A stretch of 63,991 bases of DNA, counting the filler, from Dugesia japonica (lineage: Eukaryota): assembly GCA_001938525.1 (NCBI GenBank). It is 6 parts of 6 records of this genome, joined end to end, with 100 filler letters (N's around TTAATTAATTAA, not from the genome) between each part and the next. Parts side by side here need not be neighbours in the genome. Positions count along the whole stretch, not along the records: positions 18,404 to 32,092 come from MQRL01647462.1; positions 32,193 to 40,910 come from MQRL01534341.1; 4 more parts are not named here. One strand, 5' to 3'. The notes below the pieces were generated by a model. That model ran no database searches, was not told the DNA's origin, and worked only from the letters and a program-made list of their open reading frames with translations. The position numbers were made by a program, and so were the translations under genes. Position 1 is the first letter of the stretch; every line of letters starts with the position of its first letter. This document shows, in pieces, positions 24,860 through 38,169 of the stretch.

Positions 24860-25140
24860 CTGCAATTATCAAGAAAATAATATTCATTTTTGCTATTTAT
24901 TCGATAAAATTATTGAATTTATACAAGTTTATAAGATGATGTTAGTTAATTCGTCAATTACAGAAGTCAATTATGAGATTTGTGGTACATGACAATCACA
25001 TTTAGCTTTTGCTATAATTTAACCTCACACTAAACACTCATAAAATCTTATGTTATCATTTTCGTCCGATAATAAGAAAGCAATTAAAAATAAAACTATA
25101 TTATAATGCAACCAGATAAATTGGATCACAGAGCTGTCTT

Positions 25141-25520
25141 TTACTTGTTTTCATCTAACGGCAAAAGTACTTGTTGCAACATAGCCTCTATCCTGGTTGC
25201 CATTATTTCAGTTAATTTTGCATATTCTTCAGCTTCAACTTGTGTCACCCGCATTTTCTGAATTAGGTGCTGTTGTTGTCTGGCCAATTTTGTAGTCCGA
25301 ATTAACAGAGAAACCAACTTTTTCTCTCAATTTTACTGCCTTGTTTTTATCTCGGCCAATCTCTGTTAATAAACGTGTTCCTTGTTATCTATGTGAACTT
25401 GTAATGCCTCGATTTGTTGGAGGTGTTTCACATACTGCTGTTTTGGTCGTTTAGTATCTGCTCGTAACATTTGAATTTCATCATGCTTCACTCTTAATTG
25501 ATCTGGGTAATCCAACAGTG
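25141..25520 (-). pseudogene. Coiled-coil protein fragment, possibly homologous to 41115-41546
   Basis: LDYPDQLRVKHDEIQML...EKKLVSLLIRTTKLARQQQHLIQKM...ENK* with point stops. Confidence 0.4.
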
Positions 25521-26330
25521 GTTAAAATCAGTACCTGCGACTCCTAGCGTATCCCATAACGCAGGCATGTTATTGCATTTCGATTTACTGAATCTCGATC
25601 GAGCTGCCGACAACGACTTCTAAATCAGATCATCAACTCACCAGGCTATCGATCATGGTAGAAGGAGTTGGATCTTTAGCTTCGTGCATTTAATATATTG
25701 ATGTTAATTCAGACTTCAATCATAATGTGAGTATCTTGTCAACCCTACTAATTCTTAATAGATATTTGCCGGATACTTCTTGCATCAATTCACAATTATT
25801 AATTTATTTGGAAAATCCATCTCTTTTCAGATAATGAATGGCACTCCTGCTGTCTACAACATTCTATCAATTCTATAAGTAATGGAACATCAATTAAAAT
25901 ATTCAATCAGTATTAGCATTTATTAATAAATATTATAAAATATATTCATAAATTAATATAACAATTATAAGATTCAATCATAATCTAGGATTAATATTTT
26001 TCATCACAAATACATCATTAATATTAACAATTAAACATAAGGATCCAACCACTAAACTGAGCTTGATATAAACATTAACAATCGTATAACTATAAGAGCC
26101 TTAATAAGATTCAACCACCACATATCCATCTTTATCAGTAAACCGAGTCTTATTTAATTCTAGGATTCAACATTTCAACTCATATTCATCTCATTTAATT
26201 TTAATTCGAATCTCTGATTATCATCATCGACCAGTAACATTATTTATCCTCACACTTCTATTATATTAACCATTATTAACATCATTATCATGGTTATCTC
26301 TTTCCTTCATTAACCTCTCTCGTGCATTTA

Positions 26331-26445
26331 CTCATATCTCTTGTTTATTAGCATCTCACATAACATCTATTCATATATCTTGTTCATTAGCATCTCGCAA
26401 AAAATCTATTCACATTTCTCGTTTATTAGCATCTCATGTAACTCT
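26331..26445. repeat. 39-bp tandem repeat, 3 copies
   Basis: ATTAGCATCTC recurs at 26347, 26386 and 26425. Confidence 0.8.
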
Positions 26446-29122
26446 GATTTCCTAATTCGAATTCTTTCTCAATTAATAATAATATTTAACTAATAATAAT
26501 AAATTTAATAATATTTATCGTAAAATAATAATATTTTACATTTTAAGTATTTCCATACGTTATTATAATAATATGATTTTTATAATTACTTTATAGTAAT
26601 TTTTATTAATAATTTTAAATTGTAAGACGATAACACTTCGCTTCAGATAACTTCTTTTACTATTTCTTTTCGTTTTAGCAAAATTCTTTAATATAGTACT
26701 TTTGTTTTAATTCTACTTTATTGAATTAATTATTTTATTATATTCTAATCATCGTTTTATTATATTTATACTTTTATAACATGCATATAATTATAAATAA
26801 TAATATATAACATATTCCAATTCTATTTTTCGATTTCATTTCGTTCATTGTTATTTTCTTTAGTATTTCTGATGTAATGTGTTTATTCAATAATTATTTA
26901 ATTATTATTCTTTTTATTTCGTGATCTTCATTCATTATTCGATTATTATTCTCTTTTATTTCCGAATTTATCATTTGAACGTTCTTTAATTGATTCATCA
27001 TCTTCTTAAGCACAATCAATTATTAATTTCCTTTTTTTAATAATTTTTTTTAATGATCACTTGTTTCTGAGTTAATTTAATTCTTTCAAAATAATTAAAT
27101 CTTAACTTTTCGTAGTATTTTCGAGCTTTTAATTTATTTCGAGGATCAATGTTTATCTGTTTATTTTATTCTGATTATTAATTTCTTCAGTATTAATATT
27201 TATTCGCTTTATTCGCTTTACATGTTATTTTGACAATTTGTCAGTCTTTTATTTATTTAATTCTTCTAACATTAATCGCTTCTGCGTTTTCGTTAATAAT
27301 TTATTAGTATTTATCTTTATTCTGAATTGTTTCTTTTAGTTTCTGATTTTAATATTATTTTTATTGTATTTCGGAGTTATTTCTCTTTAATTTTTTCCCC
27401 GTTTACTCAAAATTATCTTTTTCTAACTGAGCTGTTTTAGCCCAACAACANNNNNNNNNNNNNNNNNNNNNNNNNNNNNNNNNNNNNNNNNNNNNNNNNN
27501 NNNNNNNNNNNNNNNNNNNNNNNNNNNNNNNNNNNNNNNNNNNNNNNNNNNNNNNNNNNNNNNNNNNNNNNNNNNNNNNNNNNNNNNNNAGGTTTCGGTT
27601 TTAGTCTTAGTAATAATAATAATAATTTAATCTATACATATAAAATCTGACTATGTTTTTTTAATGTATGCATATTCTTTAGTGTATAAATATTGAATTT
27701 TGTATGCAACTGGTGGAATTAATAAAGTACTTGATAACATTAGTGCGATTAATTGTTCTTAATGCATATTTTATTTGTATAAGTCATTGATGTATGCAGT
27801 ATTGAATCTAGTGTATTACTGCTTAAATTTAAGTGTTTTGTTATGAATTAAGGAAAATCAGTCTATTTATATGAAAATTTGATTGTACTTTGAAGAAATT
27901 ATTGATCATTTATGAGAATTTGCTATTTGAAGAATGTGTATATTAGATTATTAAGTAATGGAATTGTTATATGAGTTAATCAAGTTTGTATTTCATTAAT
28001 ATGTTTCTTTATGAAACTCTTAGTAAATCAGGTAAACCTATCATATCTAATGAAAACAATGCATCAAATACAACACAATACAACTCATGAAATCATAGAA
28101 AACTCTTAAAGCTATAAAACTATGAAAACCATTGAGTATCCTAAAATCACTGAGTATCGAAAAAGCCATAGAATACTGAGAAAACTATATAATAATGTAC
28201 ATGTTATAGTCTAAAGATTAAAACATACGACAGTATATGGTTTATAACTAAAAATAAAACTGGCTATTCGGTATATAGAGAATATTATATCAATGAAATG
28301 CAGCAAGAATCCAATACCATAGCAGCGATCTGACAAGCTTAAAAACGTGGATTTAATGATTTCAAAAAGATGGCAATACAAGGTGAAGTCAAAGAAACAG
28401 GAAGAATCTATCAAAGAAATTATTAAGTAAAGAAAAATATGACCTTAAAATAGTTTATAATTTGCAAAGGTAAACAAAAATCTGAAAATGGTTCCGTCGA
28501 ACATAATTGAAAAAGTGATAAAAAAAGGTTCGCGAGAATTTGTATCATGTAGGAAAAGAAATATTTTCATATATGTAGAATAACTATGTTTGGTGAATAA
28601 TGTGGGGAACAATAATAATATGAAAATTTAAAGAGAGTCGTTTGAATAATAAGTATAACGATCGGACATTCTATTTAAAAAATTTTAGTATGATTATTAT
28701 TTTTCGATTTTATAAATGGGTGAAGAAATTATAACTTAAGTGATAATGAATGAGTTAGATAAATTATCAACTAATGAGAAAAAAATTATTAATTAATTAT
28801 AAAATGTCAACAAATAAAGGTTCACATTTAATATGTTTTCATATTACTGCCGCTTGTACTTACTATTCTGACTGATTTAGATTAGGACATGTACTATGAC
28901 ATCATATGAGGCTTTGTAAATATTTTGAAAATCCCCTACTGTGTAACTTGTTTAAATTAAAATAATACATGTCTCAGTACGTGCATCTCTATAACCATTA
29001 TGCATTGACTTAGTCCTAGTTAATCACATTGATATGTTAAATTAAATCAATTTATTTTAAAATTTAATAAAGAATAGTATTTATTGTTTAATGTATTAAT
29101 TTATCACACCTTATTTACGCTT

Positions 29123-29441
29123 TTATTTTAATTTTTGCAGTAAATTTTGAAACACATTTATGAAGGTTCTGTAGTTTGGTTTATCTTCAAATTTCATATC
29201 TCGACAATATTCCCAAAATTCCTCAATTTCTTCTGTAATTATAAATAATTTTAAACAGACATAAATAATACTTGGTAATATTGAGTAGTTTTTTAAACTG
29301 TTGCTTAATTTCATTCTTAAAATATTTTCATTTCTTTCCGCTATATTAAATGACATTATACTCTGCCATGGAAGATATCCTAGTATAAAATATACAAGGA
29401 TGTAACAAATTTGTTCCAAATCATCTCTCCTGGATAAATCT
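29123..29441 (-). CDS. Casein kinase 1 family kinase, 3' exons (29441-29272 and 29232-29123)
   Basis: SRRDDLE...YF..GYLPWQ and F..YCRDMKFEDKPNY. Removing a 39-nt GT-AG intron (29271-29233) gives PKEIEEFWEYC, colinear with CK1 PSEFATYLNFC. Confidence 0.88.
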
Positions 29442-29664
29442 ANNNNNNNNNNNNNNNNNNNNNNNNNNNNNNNNNNNNNNNNNNNNNNNNNNNNNNNNNN
29501 NNNNNNNNNNNNNNNNNNNNNNNNNNNNNNNNNNNNNNNNNNNNNNNNNNNNNNNNNNNNNNNNNNNNNNNNNNNNNNNNNNNNNNNNNNNNNNNNNNNN
29601 NNNNNNNNNNNNNNNNNNNNNNNNNNNNNNNNNNNNNNNNNNNNNNNNNNNNNNNNNNNNNNNN

Positions 29665-31695
29665 TGCAGCACCTGGAACGTTTCAAGAACTAATGACAAA
29701 AATCTTAGGAAGATTGAGAGGAACGATGGTATACATGGATGATATAATCTTTTAATGAGATGAAAGAGGCATTAACAAAAGCACCGATATTGAGTTTCCT
29801 AGATATTAAAAAGATGTTTGTAACATTAGATACAGATGCGAGTTTTGATGCAATTAAAGCAGTTTTATCGCAAATAGATGAAAAAGGTTTAGAACAAGTC
29901 ATTGCAAATGGGTCACATGCAATGTCAGCTCATGAAAAAAGATATATTGTACAACCAGAAAAGAATGATTGGCCATTTACTATTTTTTGTATCGATTTTA
30001 AACTTTATTTGTATTGAAAAAAGATTTTTGGTGAGAACAGATCACAAAGCAATAGCATTTTTGAAAAAGACAAACAAGCCAATTACTCCACAATTTCAGA
30101 CTTGGATGAATTTTCTTNNNNNNNNNNNNNNNNNNNNNNNNNNNNNNNNNNNNNNNNNNNNNNNNNNTAACATTAGATACAGATGCGAGTTTTGATGCAA
30201 TTAAAGCAGTTTTATCGCAAATAGATGAAAAAGGTTTAGAATAAGTCATTGCAAATGGGTCACATGCAATGCCAGCTCATGAAAAAAGATATATTGTATA
30301 ACCAGAAAAGAATGATTGGCCATTTACTATTTTTGGTATCGATTTTAAACTTTATTTGTATGGAAAAAAAGATTTTTGGTGAGAACAGATTACAAAGCAA
30401 TAGCATTTTTGAAAAAGACAAACAAGCCAATTACTCCACAATTTCAGACTTGGATGAATTTTCTTAGTAGCCTAGATACTGGAATTTAGACAAGGTGCAA
30501 AGCACATGAATGCAGATATGCTGTCGAGAATGAATTGTGGTACGTGTGTACAATGCTTAACAGATCATGAGAATCCAAAGGAAGGAAAAATAAAGACAAG
30601 AACAATTAATGGTATATCAGGCTCGGATACATATAAATAGGAAAGTAATGTAGAAGAAATTAAATCGATAAAGAATGATATTGAAAATGGAACATGTAAA
30701 AAGTTTCAAATAATAGAAGATATAATAAAAACAAAAGACGGCAAAATATGGATCCCGGCAGAAAACAAATTCAACTGGTAAAAGAGATGCATAATTTATT
30801 GATGCACACAGACACGGAACAAGTGATAAATTATTTTAAAAATGAATATGATATGTAAAATTTGAGAGAAATTGTGTCAAAAGTAATTAAAGAATGTACA
30901 GCGTGCCAAATGAGCAAAGTAATAACAGTTAGAACAAAGGAGGAAACTATAAAATTAAAGGCTAATGAACCATTTGAGANTATTTATATTGATATCTATG
31001 GGCCATTNCAAGAAACCTTAGNAAGAAAAAGATATNTATGTGCCATAATAGATAAATTTAGCTAAATTAGATAAATTTAGATACATATGCTTAACAACCC
31101 TAGTTAAACAAGATAAGGAATCAATAAAGAAAGAAATTATGGATAAATGAATACTGAGATTTGGTGCGCCAAAAGAGATACATGTAGATTGTGGGAAGAC
31201 TTTCGAATCGAAAGTCTTTAAAGAGATGACAAGAATGAATATAAAAATTTGGTTTTCAAGTCCATATCATCATAATACGAAAGTCGAGAGGTAATTCAGA
31301 ACGATCAGAGGTTACATCAATGCAACCTTAAAAAATAAAAAGAATAAAAATTGGGCAAAGTTAACACCAGAAATTGAATATACACTACATACAGCAAGCT
31401 AGAAGACTTTAGTGATAATTCCAGCAGAATTAATATTCGGTAAGAAAATACATAGAGTTCAAAAATGGAGAAAAGAATGAAGAATCCGGAGTTGACACTA
31501 ACAAAGAGACATTTTCAAGTGAGAGACGATGTGCTAATAAAGGTAGAAAACAGATCAAAAGATAAAGAAAGATATACAGGTCCATACGAGGTGATAAAAC
31601 AGATTCATGAAAGACGATACCTGCTGAAGAATTCAGAAGGCAAGATGATTGAAAGAAATGAGGAAAAGATTCAAAAATATTTTAAAGAGAGATAG
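29665..31695 (+). mobile_element. Gypsy pol (family A), degenerate
   Basis: AAPGTFQELM, VYMD, RNase H DTDASFDAIKAVLSQ, TDHKAI, integrase DIYGP and HVDCG, RYTGPYEV tail. Confidence 0.92.
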
Positions 31696-32092
31696 TTTAT
31701 ATTGATCATTGTGATTGATTATATTATTATAAAGTTTCTTTGTCGTTATCAATTGTAAGAATAAAATAGAAAAATTCTAAAATTTTTATTTTAATCGAAA
31801 ATAAATTATATTACTAAACCTTTTAAAAAAACTTTTCATTAGATTTTGAAATCTTAAGACTATTATTTGAACCTCTGATAAATGAATACCTGTCTACCTT
31901 GAACATAGATTTAAATATCTGAGAAATCTTTCTTTAATTTTTATCTATATATAATATTAAATTTTATTTTTAAAACATGTAAAATAAAATATTTTATTAA
32001 ATTAAATCGATATTTTTAATTGATTTTATGAAATTTTTATGTAAGGTAGAATATTTTATAAAATGAAAAAAATCGATATTTTTAAATTATTT

Positions 32093-32192
32093 NNNNNNNN
32101 NNNNNNNNNNNNNNNNNNNNNNNNNNNNNNNNNNNNTTAATTAATTAANNNNNNNNNNNNNNNNNNNNNNNNNNNNNNNNNNNNNNNNNNNN
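32093..32192. other. Synthetic scaffold linker
   Basis: N44-TTAATTAATTAA-N44. Confidence 0.97.
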
Positions 32193-32480
32193 ATCTGTTG
32201 AACCTAATGTTAATCTCATGGATTTAAATAAACTTGGAAAGAAATTATTTTCTAATGTTATTTTATCTTTTGCTGTATCTGGAATCGTAATTTCAATTTT
32301 AAAGTGTAATATTGAATTGCAAATGTCAAGTGGATTTGTAGATTGAAGAGATTGAAATACAACGTCACCACTTGCATTTAAATTATTTATCGAACCTGAT
32401 GATGGTAAAATTTTAAGTATATCATTTTTTATTAATGTATGTTTAAATTCAATATTATTATCTAAATCTATCCCGTCCAT
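32193..32480 (-). CDS. Double-jelly-roll major capsid protein, N-terminus (Polinton-like virus)
   Basis: LNASGDVVF...LDICNSILHFKIEI...LENNFFPSLFKSMRLTLG resembles the N-terminal strands and NN.F..LF helix of Polinton/adintovirus MCPs. Confidence 0.65.
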
Positions 32481-32641
32481 TTCTTAAAGATAAAATATAA
32501 AACTATTGCAATAATTATTAATATTAAAATAATTGTTAATAAATCAGTAATATTTCCTTGAGATATAACTTTTCAATTTAATTTTTCATTAATAACCAAA
32601 TAACTTATTAAATCTTTTGTTTGTAATTCTGTTGGCATTTT

Positions 32642-33019
32642 TTAAAGCAATTGTTTAGATTTATTCATTGAAAATTTTATACGATTTAATATTTTATCAG
32701 CATCAGTTTTCTGTAACACTTTTGATTTTTCATCTTTCATAATTTCTAATAATTTTTCTCTATCATATTCATTTGATTTTTCCATCTCAGATTTTAAAAC
32801 CTTATTTTCTATTTTTAACTCATCGTTTTCATCTACTAAATCAACAATTGTATCTTTCATTATTTCCAATGCTTTTTTATTTATTTTAAATGGAACATAC
32901 ATTTCTTTTACCAATTCTTTTTGTTCTGCTGGTGAAGCCGTTATGGCTAAATTATATTTTGTGTGTAATTCATTTTTAAAATCTTCATCTTTTAAAATCT
33001 CCTTTATAATCGAATCCAT
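32642..33019 (-). CDS. Hypothetical coiled-coil protein
   Basis: Intact ORF from MDSIIKEILKD; tightly packed, intronless, virus-like arrangement. Confidence 0.55.
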   Translation of the reverse strand: MDSIIKEILKDEDFKNELHTKYNLAITASPAEQKELVKEMYVPFKINKKALEIMKDTIVDLVDENDELKIENKVLKSEMEKSNEYDREKLLEIMKDEKSKVLQKTDADKILNRIKFSMNKSKQLL

Positions 33020-33035
33020 TTTATAAAGAATAAAA

Positions 33036-33566
33036 TTAAGTTTGTAAATTATTAATTGCTTCATCAAAACAATCTTCAAATTCTTTTTCAATTTTTCCGC
33101 CGGTTGCATTAACTATTCTTTTTCTTTTCATTGGAGCTTTTTGAACTTCGTTTCCTGTGTGGGCTTCGCACATTTCATTTCTTTTTTCTGTTAATNNNNN
33201 NNNNNNNNNNNNNNNNNNNNNNNNNTCAAAGTTTTTTGTTTTGACATTAAAAAAATAATTTCCATATTGATCATTTATAAAAGTATTTGTTTTTTCATTA
33301 TAATAATATTTTAGTCTATGATATTTTTTTCTTTCTGGTTTTAAATTTAATTCTCTTAGTGCTTTATTTAAAGTGATAGATAAAACTCCAATTTCTTTTG
33401 CTATAGTGTGATCTTTTACATTTGGATTTTTCATTTTAATTTCTTTATATCTCGAAACTAAACAAATCTTTTCTGATTTAAGAAATGAATTAGAATCAAA
33501 AGTATTTGCACATTTTATACTTTTTTCAACATTTTCACATGTTAATTTTTCATATTCTAGGGCCAT
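33036..33566 (-). CDS. Putative helix-turn-helix DNA-binding protein
   Basis: NPNVKDHTIAKEIGVLSITLNKALRELNL fits an HTH pattern. Confidence 0.55.
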   Translation of the reverse strand: MALEYEKLTCENVEKSIKCANTFDSNSFLKSEKICLVSRYKEIKMKNPNVKDHTIAKEIGVLSITLNKALRELNLKPERKKYHRLKYYYNEKTNTFINDQYGNYFFNVKTKNFXXXXXXXXXXXLTEKRNEMCEAHTGNEVQKAPMKRKRIVNATGGKIEKEFEDCFDEAINNLQT

Positions 33567-33599
33567 TTTTAATAGCACTTTATTAGCACTTTGTTAGCA

Positions 33600-33620
33600 C
33601 TTATATGTCTCGCGCGTTTC
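33600..33620 (-). promoter_or_regulatory. Candidate promoter (CGCGCG element and TATAA)
   Basis: GAAACGCGCGAGACATATAAG, about 35 nt upstream of the ATG at 33566. Confidence 0.35.
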
Positions 33621-33649
33621 ACATTTCACATTCGAAATTCAAAATTCGA

Positions 33650-33810
33650 CATCCAAAATTTTTGACTCATACCCAAAATTTTTCACCCAAAACTTTTGAC
33701 TCACACCAAAGATTTTTCACCCAAAATTTTTCACTCAAATCTTTTGACTCACACCCAACATTTTTGACTCACAACCCTGAGTGAATATAACCCTTTTTAC
33801 ACCTACTTAT
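33650..33810. repeat. Subterminal tandem repeats and probable element terminus
   Basis: AAAATTTTTGACTCACACCC-like units ending at ACCTACT, followed by (TA)n. Confidence 0.6.
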
Positions 33811-33869
33811 ATATATATATATATATATTAACTTATAAATAAATTAAATACATAAGAACCGAAAAATTC

Positions 33870-33970
33870 ATTTTAATATCGCGATTAATTATAAATTCGT
33901 GAACTTGCCACTTTTTCTAACCCGCGAAATTTTTTAGATTTACATTTGGCGAGTTAAAGAGAATTTACTG
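33870..33970. mobile_element. Pogo/Tigger-type terminal inverted repeat fragment
   Basis: Minus strand TA|CAGTAAATTCTCTTTAACTCGCC. Confidence 0.35.
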
Positions 33971-34037
33971 TATATATCTATTTTTTGTATAATTTTATAA
34001 TAATATTTAATATTGTGGATTTTTACCATGCCGATTT

Positions 34038-34410
34038 CATTGTATCATTCATCGGCAAGCACTATGTGCAAAACATCTAGACTTTATCAAAACATATAAA
34101 CCTGGAGCCTGTAGTTTCCACAGTCAACTACATTCGATATCATGGACTCAATCATCACTAATTTCGCAATTTCCTGCTAGAAATCAATGCTGAGTTTTTA
34201 GACTTGCCCTACCATACTTTAGTAAGATGGCTCAGCTGCGGAAAAGTTCTTGTTCGATTTTTGAGCTTTGAAGTGTGATTGAATTATTTTTAAACGAGAA
34301 GAACCGTATATTGTTACAGCTCAGAAACAGTTTTTGGCTCTGAAAATTAGTCTTGTATGTAGATTTAACAATGCATCTCAATGATTTTAATCAACGATTA
34401 CAGGGTGAAT
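34038..34410 (+). mobile_element. hAT (Buster/Charlie/SPIN-like) transposase fragment
   Basis: EPVVSTVNYIRYHGLNH, DLPYHTLVRWLSCGKVL, HLNDFNQRLQG. Confidence 0.85.
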
Positions 34411-36799
34411 CTTAACCAGGAAAATCCAAGTGAATGAATATTACATTCAAATCCAAAAATCCATCGTCTGTTGAATTCCAATAAAAAAAAGCGTATATGC
34501 ACTCTATCGTAAATTGAACCAAACAACTAATCAAATCATTGTGGGTTTTAAGATGTCACCAGCGTAGTTGACAATAAATATTCCTGGGCAGCTGCCAAGT
34601 GGAAATATTACAATGCAAAGTACAACTTTCGAAAAATAAAAATATTTCTAATTAACAAATACAAAACACGATACATACTTAAAATGACATCTTTTTTGAA
34701 AAATAAGCAAAATGAGACGTGATATTATATGATACCCTATTCTTTACTAAATTAATATATAAAACGCGACATTTTTTAAAATTTTAATAAACATGACCAT
34801 GACCTAATTTTTCTTTTCCAATAGTTTTTTGTTGACATGTAAGTTATTTAAATGTTGCCTTAACCACTGTTATTTATTTAATTACTTAAGGAATCTTAAT
34901 TAATTAAATTCTTCATTGAATAAACAGATTTCCAAGATATGCAATAAATTTGATCATGAATACTTTAATCACTGGTATTTTATATTATAATTTATAATTT
35001 TTTAAAAAGGTTAAAACAATACATTAATAAATATATAATGTTAATAAACTTTTTAAAAATTTGCCTATTTTAAACAACACTAAATTACGCTTGTTAAACT
35101 CTTTAATATTTACATAAAAATAAAAAATACAAATAACACATAATTAAAATATTGTCTGTTATGATTTATCCCTCACACACAAAATATTATTAATAATAAA
35201 TAACAAACTACACTACATTTTGTTCTTCAAATGCTTATTGTACATTAGAAAAAAATAATTTAAGTATAGTATGTGCATATTAAATCAATGCTTATATTTT
35301 AGAAAAATAATGGTTAAAGCTAGTCGGAGTCCTATGATTAAGGCCCATCGCCATGCTCAATTAAGAGATGTATCTCTGTCTTTAGAATTACTCGATGATT
35401 ATTCTCTTGACGAATCTAGTTAGTTTGATAAATCTTGTTTATTTTATTTATTATAGATTATTTTATACTTAAAATTTCTTTAAATTGAATAGTCTAGTTT
35501 AGGTATATAATTTTTGTACCTCATAACAAAGTTATGTTTTGTTATCTGATAATTTTATGTTTATAATAACCATAATTCCTAATCTCTGTTACATGATAGT
35601 AACTTAATTTCAATTAGATTTTTAAAATTTAAGGATTAAAAATCTCTTAAAAATAGAAAATTTAAATTATTTTAAAATGGCAACATTAAAATAATTTGTG
35701 TATAAATTTAATTGGAAATATAATTAACACACATAACCGATGAATCACGATCATGTGAATTATTTTAATTATGAAAACCACTTCTTATATACTTGCTGTG
35801 ATGCATATCTACACATATGTAAGTTTTATTGGTTGATATTTGTTTTAATTGATATGATTGGTTGAATGTAACAAAACTGCTACACGTCTGCAATAGGTAT
35901 GGAACACGGGTGTCAACTAAAGCATTAAAATACAAATAATGAGCTTTATGCAACATAATTGCATCAACCATACAACACGTGTGCAACATGCATACACGTA
36001 AATACGTTCCAAATAAAGAAAAAATATCAAGACTGCTCGAATATTCATCTATAAACACACACATCTACACCTCGGAAAAATCGAAACAATACTTTTTCAT
36101 AACTATTAATCTTTTCTCTTTCTACAAAAAATAAAGCACACCTACGAAAACATTTTTCGCGTACCTACACTACTTACAAACCAAAAAACTTTATTCTTAG
36201 AAAAATTAATCAATAAACTAGCTCAAAACTCATACTATCACATGTACCAACACTTCCTCTTTTCAACAGCATCAAATTCATCCCAATCCGACAACTACCC
36301 ACAACACCAGACCGATTTTAAGTGAAGGGCGTCGTGATAACTCATCACTGCGGTGTCTTGCTGACCTAAGTCGGTCAGCCCCAGGTGCATTTATAATTAT
36401 AAGTCTTTTACGCAATGTATAGGTTGAATTCGAGTGTCTAGTCAAATCCATCTTCAAAACCTCCAGAAAGTGAAACTAAACATTTGAGTCAAATTTCAGA
36501 TTTTTATAATATCTTTACACACACAAGACGCATACAAACAATATAATAACATATATACACACTTTCCGTACGCACACATGCACAATACCACAATACCTTA
36601 AAAAAAATTTTCAAATTAAAATTTCTCAGAAAATTCCTCTATTAATTAATTAAAACAAAACAATTTAAAAAAAATAAAATGAAAATTTTTGATCTGATCA
36701 AAAATCCACGATAATTCATACCGAGTTAGACACCACATGCAATCTATTTTCGCTAGGAAGGGAGTGTGGTATCATGCTGACATATCTATTTACTAAAGA

Positions 36800-36935
36800 C
36801 AAGTCTTTCTATGTTTGAGGAATTATGAATCTCGCTGAAAGACGGCAAAACGGTATTGAGTATATTGTTGATCTGTTGTTTATAAAAGTAAATATACTTA
36901 AAACAAAATAATGCGTAATGACTTTTCCGACAACC
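36800..36935 (+). mobile_element. Mariner 3'-end relic
   Basis: GIMNLAERRQ...EYIVD followed by TIR-like CGTAATGACTTTTCCGACAACC. Confidence 0.55.
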
Positions 36936-38169
36936 ACATGCATATTAAATTTTTAAAATAAATTAAAATTAGAAGCTAATGCTGTCGATTTCGACCGCAC
37001 AGAGAAAAATCTCTACATGCTTGCTAAAATTGCCTAGATATAGTAATTGACTCACATCTGTAAATGCTTGACTAAGCACTCAGTGTAAATATACTCATAC
37101 GTGGGTTTTTATGACTTTTATAAGTAAATTTAATTACATTTTTCTCTATTTTTGTCTTTGTTGAATCGAGGTAAAATTTTCCGAAAACAATTTAGCAGCC
37201 AAAATATATATTTAAAATGTAACAATAATCATTAACAGTCATTTAAGTTGTCATTTTAGTGAAATAGTAAATCAAGTTTATTTACCATCATACCTAATTA
37301 AATTATAGTATCATATTTTAATTTTTCAAATTAAGTGTTGTAAAATAATAATTTAATTAATTTTATGAATACTTTTAAAATAATTAAATATTAAAAATGA
37401 AAGACAATTTTAAACAGTGTGAAATTAATGTGGATCAAAAAAATTTACAGCAACTAAATAAATTTTAGTTGATTACGTATTATTTTAATATTATTTTGTT
37501 CAAATTTTTTAAAAAATCATGATAATTAATTAAGATAGGATTTTATTATTTTAAGAATTCATTGTTTAATTTTGAATTTTGTTTGATTTTTTAGTGTCTG
37601 ATGATGCCATGGATTCTTTAAGTAGGATAATTGACAATAGTCCATTATATGGTAAAAATGTTTTGTTTTAATTAAAACTTGTAAAATTTACAAATCTATT
37701 AATATTATGTGAATTGTTTCTAAATTTTATTACGTATATTTTTTTAATTCATGGCATTGTTTTGTAATTAATATATTGAATTATAATGAAATAAGTTTAT
37801 TAAAACAATTTGATAAAAATTCATAGATTCTGATTATGCTTTTTCAAGATGAAAGTTATAATCTTGGTTACGCTGATTGCTTTTTAGGTTATCCAATTTT
37901 ATTATTTTATTTTATTGGTCATTATTATTGCTTATAGTAAATATATAAATTTAATTTACAAGTGTTAAGATAAAATATCAGGTTGTTCTAAAATTAATGT
38001 GCGTTTATTGACGGTTTTATAAGACATTTGAAGGAATTAGAACTAGATTATTGTGGACTTGTGAAATCCTTTAATTACAAGGATAAGGGAATGAGTGGTT
38101 GAATAAATAAATTTTTATTTTAAAAAATGAGGTTTCAATGAGGTTTCAAATATATATAAACATTCTCTC

